Under the pieces are notes generated by a model that was given only the letters and a program-made list of their open reading frames with translations, was not told the DNA's origin and searched no databases. 64,000 bases of DNA, taken from the NCBI GenBank assembly GCA_021827745.1, contig JAKAUI010000037.1:6742-70741 (forward strand), given 5' to 3'. The DNA comes from Bacillota bacterium. GTDB lineage: Bacteria > Bacillota > Sulfobacillia > JAJZYS01 > JAJZLH01. Below, piece after piece: positions 18,920-27,910 of this stretch (positions within the stretch are counted from its first letter, which is position 1; every line of letters begins with the position of its first letter). Position numbers and translations under genes: made by a program.

Positions 18920-19747
18920 ATGACAAAGACATTTGACCAGTGGGTGGCCGAGGCCGAAGCGGCCGCTTTCAGCGGTTGGGATTTTTCATTTATCGACGGC
19001 CGCTGGTGGGAGCCTCCTTGTCCGTGGGACTACCAGGCGCTGGTGACTGGGATGCTGAAGCAGGCGACCAGCCTGCTCGACATGGGCACCGGCGGAGGCG
19101 AGTTTTTGGCTGCCCTGGGCCCGCATCTCCCGGCCCGCACCGTTGCCACCGAAGCCTACGCCCCGAACATCGACGTGGCCCGCAAAACATTGGAGCCCTG
19201 GGGCGTGACGGTGCTCGGCATCTCGCCGGAGAGCATGCATGCACACCCGCTCCAGGACGCGGTCTATCCCCTGCCGCTGGCTGATCGGTCGGTGGATCTC
19301 GTGATCAATCGGCATGAGTCGTTTGACGCAGGCGAGGTGGCGCGGGTGCTGGCGCCGGGAGGACACTTCGTGACCCAGCAGGTGGGGGCTCGCGACTTCG
19401 AGGCCATCAACCGCCGCCTGGGCAGCCCCCTGCCATTGGCCGAGTGGTCGTTGGCGGGGGCCCAGGAGCAAGTGCAGGCAGCGGGACTGCAGGTGGTCCA
19501 AGCGGAGGAAGCATTGATGACGGCGGGCTTTAAAGATGTCGGGGCGCTGGTTTATTACCTGAAGGCGGTGCCATGGCAGGTGGAGGACTTTTCGGTCAAC
19601 CGCTATCGCCCGGCACTGGAGGCCCTGCACCGTGAGATGAGCACGGAAGGTCCCTTCCTGGTGCAAAGCCATCGCTTCCTGATCATTGCGGCAAGTGCCG
19701 CTGATGCGCACGCAAACTTTGAGCTCGCCGATGACGAGGGATCCTAG
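18920..19747 (+). CDS. Class I SAM-dependent methyltransferase
   Basis: FSGWDFS, LLDMGTGGGE, DLVINRHE, VPWQV.DF. Confidence 0.9.
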   Translation: MTKTFDQWVAEAEAAAFSGWDFSFIDGRWWEPPCPWDYQALVTGMLKQATSLLDMGTGGGEFLAALGPHLPARTVATEAYAPNIDVARKTLEPWGVTVLGISPESMHAHPLQDAVYPLPLADRSVDLVINRHESFDAGEVARVLAPGGHFVTQQVGARDFEAINRRLGSPLPLAEWSLAGAQEQVQAAGLQVVQAEEALMTAGFKDVGALVYYLKAVPWQVEDFSVNRYRPALEALHREMSTEGPFLVQSHRFLIIAASAADAHANFELADDEGS

Positions 19748-19958
19748 GGGAGAAGTCTTCATTCGGGTCATCACCACCGACCCGCCTTCCCCGCACGGCC
19801 CCAACTTGGCTGCCGGTGACGAAGGGTGGAACGATCTGCCGGCCCTTCTCCCGCCCACCCGGCGCTCTTCTGTAAGCCGTTCGCCAGGGACTGCTGGGGC
19901 GGAGGTGGGCCCGGCTCAGATGCCCATGCTCGGCCATGGGTATCAGGCGGGGTGAGCG

Positions 19959-20369
19959 TCAGTCCAGCCAGCGTTCCATGCCTGGTGCCTCAGCTGCTCG
20001 GGGCGAGAATCCCATGGTCTCGTAGAATCCCTGCTTGCCAGCGGCACAGGTGAGCTGCAGCCACTTGATCCCTGACCTTTCGGCGTAGGCCACCAGATTT
20101 TCTAAGAGGGCTTTGCCGACACCGTGGCCCTGATCGCTCGGAAGCACGATCATGTCACAGATGAAACACTGATAGATGCCATCCGAGATCAGGCGCCCAA
20201 AGCCAACCAGGTCGCTCCCTCGGTAGGCGCTGACCGCATACCAACTGTGGCGCATCGCCTGAGCAAGCTGGGCCTCACTCAGCTGACGGCGCTCGTTCCA
20301 ACCGGTGGACTCGAAGAGTGCAAACAGTCGATCGGGCGCCGGCAGGTCAGCTCTGAAGTCAAGTTCCAT
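19959..20369 (-). CDS. GNAT N-acetyltransferase
   Basis: LVGFGR, QGHGVG acetyl-CoA motif, FYE.MGF. Confidence 0.9.
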   Translation of the reverse strand: MELDFRADLPAPDRLFALFESTGWNERRQLSEAQLAQAMRHSWYAVSAYRGSDLVGFGRLISDGIYQCFICDMIVLPSDQGHGVGKALLENLVAYAERSGIKWLQLTCAAGKQGFYETMGFSPRAAEAPGMERWLD

Positions 20370-20510
20370 GCGGATCGCATTCGCTGTGCGGCCAGATCAA
20401 CCCTATCTCGCGAGGACAGCAGCCGGGCGTATTGCCTGGTGAGTGCCTACGCGCCATCCGGATCTCAGTGTCGGATGGAAGACCTGTAGACGTGGCCGCT
20501 CGCCTAAGAC

Positions 20511-20523
20511 TAGACTTAGTCTA
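20511..20523. promoter_or_regulatory. Probable toxin-antitoxin autorepression operator
   Basis: Perfect palindrome TAGACT-T-AGTCTA overlapping a -10-like TAGACT, 15 bp before the antitoxin start. Confidence 0.6.
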
Positions 20524-20538
20524 TCGGGGGCATGAAGC

Positions 20539-20778
20539 GTGAAATTGGTCAACGTCCACGAGGCCAAGACCCACTTGTCACGCCTGCTGGAGGACGTTGC
20601 CAATGGGCACGAGGTGACCATTGCCAAAGCAGGCAAGCCGATTGCCCGGTTAGTGCCTATTGCGGGGCACCCGACACAGCGGGCACCTGGCTATCTGCGC
20701 GGCAGGATCCGTATCGCACAGGATTTTGACACGCCGCTGCCCGAGGATGTGCAGTCAGCCTTTGAAGGTGAGCGGTGA
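20539..20778 (+). CDS. Phd/YefM-family antitoxin
   Basis: VNVHEAKTHLSRLLE.V..G.EV.IAKAGKPIARLVP. Confidence 0.93.
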   Translation: MKLVNVHEAKTHLSRLLEDVANGHEVTIAKAGKPIARLVPIAGHPTQRAPGYLRGRIRIAQDFDTPLPEDVQSAFEGER

Positions 20779-21167
20779 AGATCCCTCTCGATACCCAAAT
20801 CTAACTTTGGTTCTTGGCCGACTCCCCCAGACTGCCCGGTGCGGTGAAAGCACAGATCTCTCGTGCATCAGAGGTCTATGTCAGCGCGGCGTCGATATGG
20901 GAGTCATGCATCAAGATCGGGATTGGGAAGTTGGATGCGAATCCGAACGAACTAGTGCTCGGCATCGAGGGTAGTGGATTTGAGCAACTGCCAGTCACCG
21001 CCGAGCACGCCGCTGCAGTGGCAGGTTTGCCTCAACACCATAGGGATCCCTTCGACCGGTTGCTTGTAGCCCAGGCCATGGCAGGGCCGCTGACATTGCT
21101 CTCGAGCGATCCAATCCTCAGGAAATACACGGAACTCGTCACGCTGATCACTCCCGATGGTTCCTGA
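20775..21167 (+). pseudogene. vapC: VapC PIN-domain toxin with a premature stop at codon 10
   Basis: GTG-K-I-P-L-D-T-Q-I-TAA(20802-20804)-L-W-F-L-A-D, then in-frame SAASIWE and HRDPFDRLL. Confidence 0.85.
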
Positions 21168-21643
21168 TCATGGCGAACGACCGGCGAGCTGGCGCACCGT
21201 GATCCCGAATGCCCCGTGGCGGCTTGGCGGCCGAGCGAGGCGCTGTCTGCTGCCGAAACGTCGAGCAGCGTCGCCGCAGGGGTCCAGCCTGCGGATGCGG
21301 TGTCGCGTACCAGGCGGTGCATTCTCCGGCCGTGAGCGCAAATGCTGGTGGCGCCTTACTGGCAACAGATGGCACTGCCGGGGCGATCGGCATCAGTACA
21401 AGCTGGATGTGGCCAAGTAGGCGGGCGGGCACGGAACTCAAGCTAGGCGCAAATGCCGTCCTCCTGAGTCGACCGACCGTCACCTCAACCCACACGATCG
21501 AGATGTTTGCGGGAAGGCACCCTATTACATGCAAGACAGCGCCAGGATCTGGTCATGGGTGGCCAGCGGGTCGGTCGCGAACCCGTCGGGAATTGCCCGG
21601 TGCCCACAAGGCTGTGCTAGCCCGAGGTGCAAGTCAGGGCGGC

Positions 21644-22210
21644 CTATAGGTCGTCTTGAAAACGCTGCTCGCGCCAGGGGTCGCCGCGCATATGGTAGCC
21701 TGCTCGCTCCCAGAATCCGGGTTCGTCCTCGGCGACCAGGTCCAACCCATGCACCCACTTGGCGCTCTTCCAGAAGTAGAGGTGCGGCACCATCAGCCGA
21801 AGCGGTCCGCCGTGCTCAGGACTCAGTGGCTGGCCGCCGTGGGCGTGGGCGAACAAGACGTCTGGCCGCATCAGGTCATCGAGCGGCAGATTGGTGGTGA
21901 AGCCCTGGGCACAGGCCGCCACTGCGTACCGGGCGCCCGGCTTGGGGCGGGCTCGGGCGATCAGGTCCGCCACCCGCACGCCACTGAAGCGGTTGTCGTA
22001 TCGGCTCCAACCGGTGACGCAGTGGATGTCGACCGTCACCTCGTGCTGGGGCAGGGCCATCAGTTCGGCCCAAGAGAGGGAGAAGGGAGCCTCCACCATG
22101 CCGCCGATGCTCAGCCGAAAGCGGGCGGGATCCACACTCGGCACAGTCCCGTAGTGCAGCACCGGCCAGTTGGTGACCAGACGCTGATTGGGCGGAAGCC
22201 GTTCGGGCAT
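21644..22210 (-). CDS. Sulfite-oxidase-like molybdopterin oxidoreductase (YuiH-like)
   Basis: RLPPNQ, DIHCVTGWS (Mo-ligand Cys), EHGGPLR, WKSAKW, GFWE; GGAGG RBS. Confidence 0.92.
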   Translation of the reverse strand: MPERLPPNQRLVTNWPVLHYGTVPSVDPARFRLSIGGMVEAPFSLSWAELMALPQHEVTVDIHCVTGWSRYDNRFSGVRVADLIARARPKPGARYAVAACAQGFTTNLPLDDLMRPDVLFAHAHGGQPLSPEHGGPLRLMVPHLYFWKSAKWVHGLDLVAEDEPGFWERAGYHMRGDPWREQRFQDDL

Positions 22211-22318
22211 GGTGTGACCTCCGATCGCGCACTCGCGCTCCAGTATATCTTGCCGCCATGCGAGCCGACCACGCTGTGGTAGGCTCCTTAGAAGACCCGC
22301 CCTGCGAGGAGGCAGCCG

Positions 22319-22879
22319 ATGAAGAGCCGCGACGACGCCTGGACCCTGCTCACCACCTACACCAAGGAGCCGCACCTGATCCGCCACGCCCTGGCGGTGG
22401 AGGCGGCGATGCGCGGCGCAGCCCAGCGCCTGGGCGAGGACGTGGAGCTGTGGGGTGCGACCGGACTCCTGCACGACTTCGACTACGAACGCTATCCGAC
22501 GCTGGAGGACCACCCCGTCAAGGGCTCTGAGATCCTGCGCGCCGAGGGATACCCCGAGGAGATGGTGGTGGCCATCTTGGGCCACGGCAATCATACCGGT
22601 GTTCCTCGCACCACAGCCATGGCGCACCAGCTGTTCGCCGTAGACGAGCTGACCGGTCTCGTGATGGCGGTGGCCATGGTCAAGGGCCGCGACCTGGCGG
22701 CGGTGGAGCCCGGATCCGTCATGCGCAAGATGAAGGACAAGGCCTTTGCCCGCGGCGTCAGCCGCCAGGATGTGACAGACGGCGCCGCCGAGATCGGCGA
22801 GGGGCTGGAGGCCCACATCGGCCATGTGATCGCCGACCTGACCGAGATCGCACCCGCCTTGGGACTGGCAGGCGCCTAG
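22319..22879 (+). CDS. HD-domain metal-dependent phosphohydrolase
   Basis: GLLHDFDYE and LFAVDELTG; GAGGAGG RBS. Confidence 0.88.
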   Translation: MKSRDDAWTLLTTYTKEPHLIRHALAVEAAMRGAAQRLGEDVELWGATGLLHDFDYERYPTLEDHPVKGSEILRAEGYPEEMVVAILGHGNHTGVPRTTAMAHQLFAVDELTGLVMAVAMVKGRDLAAVEPGSVMRKMKDKAFARGVSRQDVTDGAAEIGEGLEAHIGHVIADLTEIAPALGLAGA

Positions 22880-23590
22880 GTGCGAGCAGCCGACGTCGGC
22901 GGAACGGTGCTCCGCATCTGGCGCTACCCGGTCAAGTCGCTCGGCGGCGAAGAGGTCCAAAAGGTCGACGTGGAAGGACGCGGTCTCGTCGGCGACCGCC
23001 AGCTCGGGCTGTACAACAGCGCGGGGAAGATCGCAAGCGGCAAGGAGATGCGCCGCTTTTGCCGCGTCCCGGGCTTGTTGATGGCCTCGGCCCGTTGCGC
23101 GGGTGAGGACGTCGTCCTGACCCGTGGCGAGCGCTCGGTTCTCGCCTCCGATCCGACCGTGCACGATCAGGTCTCGGAGTGGTTCTCCCTGCCGCTCGCG
23201 GTGGCGAGAGAACACGAGGTCTCGCACTTCGATGAGCTGCCGATCAGCCTGCTCACCACCGCCGCCCTGGCACAGCTGGCTGACTGGATGGGGATCTCTG
23301 CAGTGGAGCCCAGCCGATTTCGGCCCAATCTGTTGCTCGACTGGCCGGGAGCGGGGTGCCTCGAAGACGGCTGGATCGGACGCACCCTGGTCTTTTCGGG
23401 TGGACTGCGCCTTGAGGTGGTGCACCCGATCACCCGCTGCGTGATGGTGACGCAGGAGAGCCTGACGGCGCCGGCCGACCCGAGCATCCTTTCGACGCTG
23501 GCAGATCGGCACGACGCCTGTCTTGGCGTCCTGGCCCGGGTGGCGCAAACGGGCAGCGTCTCAGTCGGCGAGCAGATCTGGCTTGAGTGA
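22880..23590 (+). CDS. MOSC domain protein
   Basis: IWRYPVKS, GDR, RFRPNL, RCVMV. Confidence 0.9.
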   Translation: MRAADVGGTVLRIWRYPVKSLGGEEVQKVDVEGRGLVGDRQLGLYNSAGKIASGKEMRRFCRVPGLLMASARCAGEDVVLTRGERSVLASDPTVHDQVSEWFSLPLAVAREHEVSHFDELPISLLTTAALAQLADWMGISAVEPSRFRPNLLLDWPGAGCLEDGWIGRTLVFSGGLRLEVVHPITRCVMVTQESLTAPADPSILSTLADRHDACLGVLARVAQTGSVSVGEQIWLE

Positions 23591-23670
23591 GCAGATCGCT
23601 TGGGCAGCAGCCGGGCCCGGCGGCGAAACACCACCGGGCCCGGCGATCTCAAAAGGCGGTCAAGGACGGT

Positions 23671-24123
23671 TCAGTGGTGGCTTTGATCCGGTCCCTCACC
23701 GTTGCCCACGCCTTCGCTGCTGAAGAGCGGCCGGCGGCCTTGGAAGCCAGCGTGCGGACCATGGAAGAACAAGATCTCGGCCTCGCCCAGCTGCCAGCAG
23801 AGCAGGGCCGGCTGGCCGTCGACCTCGGAGGGAAAGTCGATCAGGCCAAGCGCCACATTTTTCAACTCGCAGCCATGGTCGGTGATCGACTGGACCAGGG
23901 CGTTGGCCTCGGAGATGGCTTGCGTGAACACACCCTGGGCCAGCTCGATGTCATAGCGCAGGATGGGGCGTCCGTCCTCGGTCCGGCCCACGCCCTTCAG
24001 CTGCTCGACCTCGGCGTATTTTTCCTGGGCCACCGCCTGCAGGTGCTGGAGACGGTCCAGTCGCTGCCGGAACAGGGGCAGAAGAGCGTTTGCCTCCTCG
24101 ATGGTGAACTGCCGCTTGGCCAT
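23671..24123 (-). CDS. DUF2203 family protein
   Basis: FTIEEANALLP, GLIDFP, LCWQLGE, GFQGRRP; AAGGAGG RBS. Confidence 0.88.
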   Translation of the reverse strand: MAKRQFTIEEANALLPLFRQRLDRLQHLQAVAQEKYAEVEQLKGVGRTEDGRPILRYDIELAQGVFTQAISEANALVQSITDHGCELKNVALGLIDFPSEVDGQPALLCWQLGEAEILFFHGPHAGFQGRRPLFSSEGVGNGEGPDQSHH

Positions 24124-24348
24124 GTCGATCCCTCCTTGGTCGGTCCCAGGCCGACCGTGTGATGATGATCCCGGATCACCCCGAGGAGGTTTTTCACCCC
24201 GTGCCAGGTTCATGAATTGGCTAGTTCACCAAGCCGAAAGTCCTTCCTGCCCATGGTCCAGAATCTGTGGAAAAGGCGGGCGCACGGCCTAGCGGGCGCC
24301 CGGGCAGTCGGCTAGAATGAATCCCAGATCTGCTTTGGGGGGACAAGC

Positions 24349-24519
24349 GTGCGCCGTCGGGTTGTCTTTGTGCTCACACTGCTCCTGGCCATGGCGGTCC
24401 CGTCTGCCGCCTTCGCTGCCGCACCAGGTGCGTCTGGCGGCCCGTCTTTGATCGACGTGGCGCTGCTCTTTGTCGCCACCTTCGCCGCCTTTTTGTGGCT
24501 GCTCAGCGTCTTCATCTAG
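24349..24519 (+). CDS. 56-aa small membrane protein (signal peptide plus one TM), absent from the ORF track
   Basis: MRRRVVFVLTLLLAMAVPSAAFAAAPGASGGPSLIDVALLFVATFAAFLWLLSVFI. GGGGGA RBS and promoter TAGCGG-17-TAGAAT at 24290-24318. Confidence 0.7.
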   Translation: MRRRVVFVLTLLLAMAVPSAAFAAAPGASGGPSLIDVALLFVATFAAFLWLLSVFI

Positions 24520-25112
24520 AGGGTTCGCAGTCCGACCACCATGCCGACGGTGAGGGCGCGCACGATTGGCAGCAGCGCGCCCGCCTTCGGCGCGGGATCT
24601 TCGGCTAGAGCGCTGTCCAAGAGCTGCTCGAGACCGCCGACCAGGAACTGGCTGGCGGTTCGGATCTCGGTCGGCGAGCGCAGATGGAGGGTCAGTTCAT
24701 CCAGGTCGCGGGCCAGCAGGCGGGCCATCTCGTCGGCCACCGCCTGCACCTTGGCGCGCACGGCCGGCTCGGGTCCGTGCCGCGAACTGGCCACCAGGCG
24801 GGCCAGAGGACCCTGGGCCAAGAAGGTGCTGACCGCCGCCTCGACGGAAGCCAGCAGCTTCGCCTCGCCGTCTTCGGCCTGGGAGCGTCTGTCCAGCACA
24901 GAGCGCATCAGCTCCCCGTAGAGCGTGTCCAAAAGGTCGAGGAAGCACGCCTCTTTGGACGGGAAGTAGCGGTAGAAGCTTCCGGTGGCGATGTTGGCCC
25001 GACGTGTGATCGCCGCCACCGTCGCCCTGTCGTAGCCGGACTCGGAGAACACCTGGTGGGCGGCGTCGATCAGACGCCGGCGTCGGACAGACGGTGCGGG
25101 TGGTGACTGCAT
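24516..25112 (-). CDS. TetR/AcrR-family transcriptional regulator
   Basis: VFSESGY..ATV..I...ANIATGSFYRYFPSKE HTH. Confidence 0.92.
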   Translation of the reverse strand: MQSPPAPSVRRRRLIDAAHQVFSESGYDRATVAAITRRANIATGSFYRYFPSKEACFLDLLDTLYGELMRSVLDRRSQAEDGEAKLLASVEAAVSTFLAQGPLARLVASSRHGPEPAVRAKVQAVADEMARLLARDLDELTLHLRSPTEIRTASQFLVGGLEQLLDSALAEDPAPKAGALLPIVRALTVGMVVGLRTL

Positions 25113-25220
25113 GCCGGACACTACCACACGCCCGCCCCGTTCCCTCCCACAAGGTGCCGAGCGTAGGCGGAGCGAATCGGGAGGCGCGGTCCGTTTCATT
25201 TGGGAAGGAGCCCAACAAGC

Positions 25221-26534
25221 ATGGCGAAGCCGACCCCAGATCAGGCGCTGGCCCGGCAGAAGAAGTTTATCGTTCCGGCGGTGGCCCTCTACTACGACCA
25301 CCCGCTGCTCTTGGTGCGGGGTGAAGGCACCCACTTGGTCGATGTGCAGGGCAAGCGCTATTTGGACTTTTATGCCGGCATCCTGACCGTCTCAGTGGGC
25401 TACAACAACCCGCGGGTGGCGGCTGCAGTCGCCGACCAGATGAAGGAAGCGAACCATCTGTCCACCTTTTATCTGACCCTGCCCATGATCGAGCTGGCCG
25501 AAAGGCTGGCCGCCATCACGCCCGGCGCCTTGGAGATGTCGTTTTTCACCAACTCCGGCACCGAGGCCAACGAGAGCGCCCTGCACATGGCCCGTCTGGC
25601 CACCCGCCGCCAGGAGGTGGTGGCCCTGCGCTACGCCTATTCCGGCCACTCCACCGTCACCCGATCGCTGACCGGTCTCGCCAGCTGGCGGCCGCTGGTC
25701 GAGGTGCCGGGCATCCGCCACGCCCATGCCCCCTACTGCTACCGCTGCCCGTTTCACCGCACGCCCGAGAGCTGCAACTACGAGTGCGCCCGCGATGTCG
25801 AGGAAGTGATCCGCACCACCACCAGCGGCCAGATCGCCGCCTTCATCGCCGAGCCAATCCAGGGGGCGGGCGGCTTCATCACGCCGCCCGAGCAGTATTT
25901 CCAGATCGTGCACGAAATCATCAAGCGCTACGGCGGGCTGTTCATCGCAGACGAGGTGCAGACCGGGTTTGGTCGTACCGGGAAGATGTTTGGCATCGAA
26001 CACTGGGGCGTCGACCCGGACCTGATGACCTTCGCCAAGGCCCTGGCCAACGGAGCCCCGATCGGCGCCACCATCGCCATCCGGGAGGTGGGCGAGGCAT
26101 TCACCGGTCCGGTGATCTCCACCTTTGGCGGCAACCCAATCAGCATGCGGGCGGCCTTGGCCACCCTAGACGTGATCGAGGAGGACGGACTGGCCGAGCG
26201 GGCCGAGGTACTGGGCCGGGGACTTCGCCACGGGTTGGACGAGCTGAAGGCTCGCTATCCGTTCGTCGGAGATGTGCGAGGCAAGGGATTGATGCAGGCG
26301 ATCGAATTCGTCCGGGCCGAGAAGGCGCCGGCGCCCGACCTCTTGAAGGAGTTCATGGAGGGCACGAGACGGCGCGGCGTCCTGGTCGGCAAGGGCGGGA
26401 TCGACGGTCAGGTGGCCCGCATCTCACCGCCGCTCACCATCACCGAGGCCGAACTGGACGAGGCGCTGGCTGCCATGGCCGAGTCGGCGGCCGACATCGC
26501 CAAGGCGCACCCCGAGCTCCGCCCGACCGCCTGA
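25221..26534 (+). CDS. Class III PLP aminotransferase (AGXT2/omega-amino acid type)
   Basis: TNSGTEANE, AEPIQG, ADEVQTGFGRTG, TFAKAL (PLP Lys); GGAAGGAG RBS. Confidence 0.93.
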   Translation: MAKPTPDQALARQKKFIVPAVALYYDHPLLLVRGEGTHLVDVQGKRYLDFYAGILTVSVGYNNPRVAAAVADQMKEANHLSTFYLTLPMIELAERLAAITPGALEMSFFTNSGTEANESALHMARLATRRQEVVALRYAYSGHSTVTRSLTGLASWRPLVEVPGIRHAHAPYCYRCPFHRTPESCNYECARDVEEVIRTTTSGQIAAFIAEPIQGAGGFITPPEQYFQIVHEIIKRYGGLFIADEVQTGFGRTGKMFGIEHWGVDPDLMTFAKALANGAPIGATIAIREVGEAFTGPVISTFGGNPISMRAALATLDVIEEDGLAERAEVLGRGLRHGLDELKARYPFVGDVRGKGLMQAIEFVRAEKAPAPDLLKEFMEGTRRRGVLVGKGGIDGQVARISPPLTITEAELDEALAAMAESAADIAKAHPELRPTA

Positions 26535-26563
26535 TCGTCCATCGCCCAAGGGAGGCTCGGCCG

Positions 26564-26824
26564 ATGCAACTTCTGGTGCTGGTGACACCGGCCGCCAACT
26601 GGGCTGCGATCCGTCACCAACTGGAGGCCCAGACCTTCGCCGCCACCATCCTGGAGGCGACCGCCCACGGGCCCGGCCACAAGCTGGCCACCGTCTTGAT
26701 CGCGACGGACGAGCATCGGGTGGAGGAGGCCTGCGCCCTGCTGCGGGCCGCCGTCCAGAGGACCGCCCAAGCGGCTGAGAGCGACCTGTTCGTGGTGCCG
26801 GTCGACCACTTCACCAAGACCTGA
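26564..26824 (+). CDS. Divergent PII-like protein resembling the c-di-AMP receptor DarA/PstA
   Basis: GGAGG RBS. MQLLVLV start, TVLI.TD..RVEEA, C-terminal FVVPVDHFTK. Confidence 0.6.
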   Translation: MQLLVLVTPAANWAAIRHQLEAQTFAATILEATAHGPGHKLATVLIATDEHRVEEACALLRAAVQRTAQAAESDLFVVPVDHFTKT

Positions 26825-26867
26825 GGCGACTTGGGTCACAAGTCACACAACTCAGGAGGCGAGCACG

Positions 26868-27899
26868 CTGCTAGAGGCCGCTCTGATCGGTTATCCGCGC
26901 TCTGGCAAGAGCACCTTCTTCTCCCTGCTGACCGGCCGGCACCCGACCGGCCACGCCGGCGCCGAAAAGGGCGTGATGGCCGTGGCCGACGCCCGGCTTG
27001 CCGTGCTGGCCGACGCCTTTCACCCAAGGCGGGTGACGCCGGCCCAGATCGGGCTGGTCGACACGCCGGCCCTGCGCCCGGGAGAGGGCTCGGACGAGAA
27101 CCGGCGCTTTCTGGCCGAGATCCGGCAGGTGGACGCCCTGATTCTGATCCTGGCCGGCTTTGCCGGCTCCGGTGGTCCGCCGCCGCAAGAAGCGGCCGAG
27201 ACCATCTTGCTGGAGCTGGCGCTGGCGGACCTTGAGATCGTCGAAAAGCGGCTCGACCGTCTTGGCAAGCAGAAGAGAACGGCCGGAGACGAGCTGGAGC
27301 GGGCGGCGCTTGGCCGCTGCCTTGGCGCCCTCTCCGCCGGGCGCACCGTGCGCTCCTTAGAACTGGAGAGAGACCAGGTCCTGACCCTGCGCAGCATCGG
27401 CCTGCTCACTCTGAAGCCGGTGATTCATGTCTTGAACCTGGCCGAGGACGACCTCGATCAGGGCGCCGAGCTGGCGGGTCGGCTGCCCGAGCCGGTGCTG
27501 GTCACCTCGGCCCTGATCGAGCAGGAGATCGCGCTGTTGGCGGCCGAAGAGCGCCAGGACTTTCTGAAGACGCTCGGCTTCGAGGAGGATGGCATGAGTC
27601 GGCTCTCCCGGACGGTGTACCAGCACCTCGGGCTGGCCTCGTTTTTGACCGCCGGCGAAGATGAGGTGCGGGCCTGGACGATCGAGGCCGGGCTTCCAGC
27701 CAAGGAGGCGGCGGGCAAGATCCACTCCGACATCGCCCGCGGCTTCATCCGGGCGGAGGTGGTGGCCTACGACCGCTTCGTGGAGGACGGGCTCTCAATG
27801 GCCACGGCCAAGGAGCAGGGGCACTGGCGGCTGGAGGGCAAGGAGTACCCGGTTCAGGACGGCGACATGATCAACTTCCGCTTTCAGGCCGGACGCTAG
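26868..27899 (+). CDS. ychF: YchF-family Obg-like ATPase
   Basis: GYPRSGKST, FLTAGEDEVRAWTI, AAGKIHSD..RGFIRAEV, EGKEY.VQDGD. The start must be non-canonical (CTG 26868, after AGGAGG). Confidence 0.88.
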   Translation: MLEAALIGYPRSGKSTFFSLLTGRHPTGHAGAEKGVMAVADARLAVLADAFHPRRVTPAQIGLVDTPALRPGEGSDENRRFLAEIRQVDALILILAGFAGSGGPPPQEAAETILLELALADLEIVEKRLDRLGKQKRTAGDELERAALGRCLGALSAGRTVRSLELERDQVLTLRSIGLLTLKPVIHVLNLAEDDLDQGAELAGRLPEPVLVTSALIEQEIALLAAEERQDFLKTLGFEEDGMSRLSRTVYQHLGLASFLTAGEDEVRAWTIEAGLPAKEAAGKIHSDIARGFIRAEVVAYDRFVEDGLSMATAKEQGHWRLEGKEYPVQDGDMINFRFQAGR

Positions 27900-27910
27900 G
27901 AGGCAGCCAG

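Noticed and set aside
19748-19958. 210-bp gap between the methyltransferase and GNAT genes
   Set aside because: No recognisable ORF remnant, repeat or RNA motif.
22211-23548. 634-aa minus ORF suggesting a large fusion to the sulfite-oxidase domain
   Set aside because: The extension is antisense to the real HD and MOSC genes, and the true start with RBS is at 22210.
24266-24274. DnaA-box match TTTTCCACA
   Set aside because: A single copy with no origin context is expected by chance.
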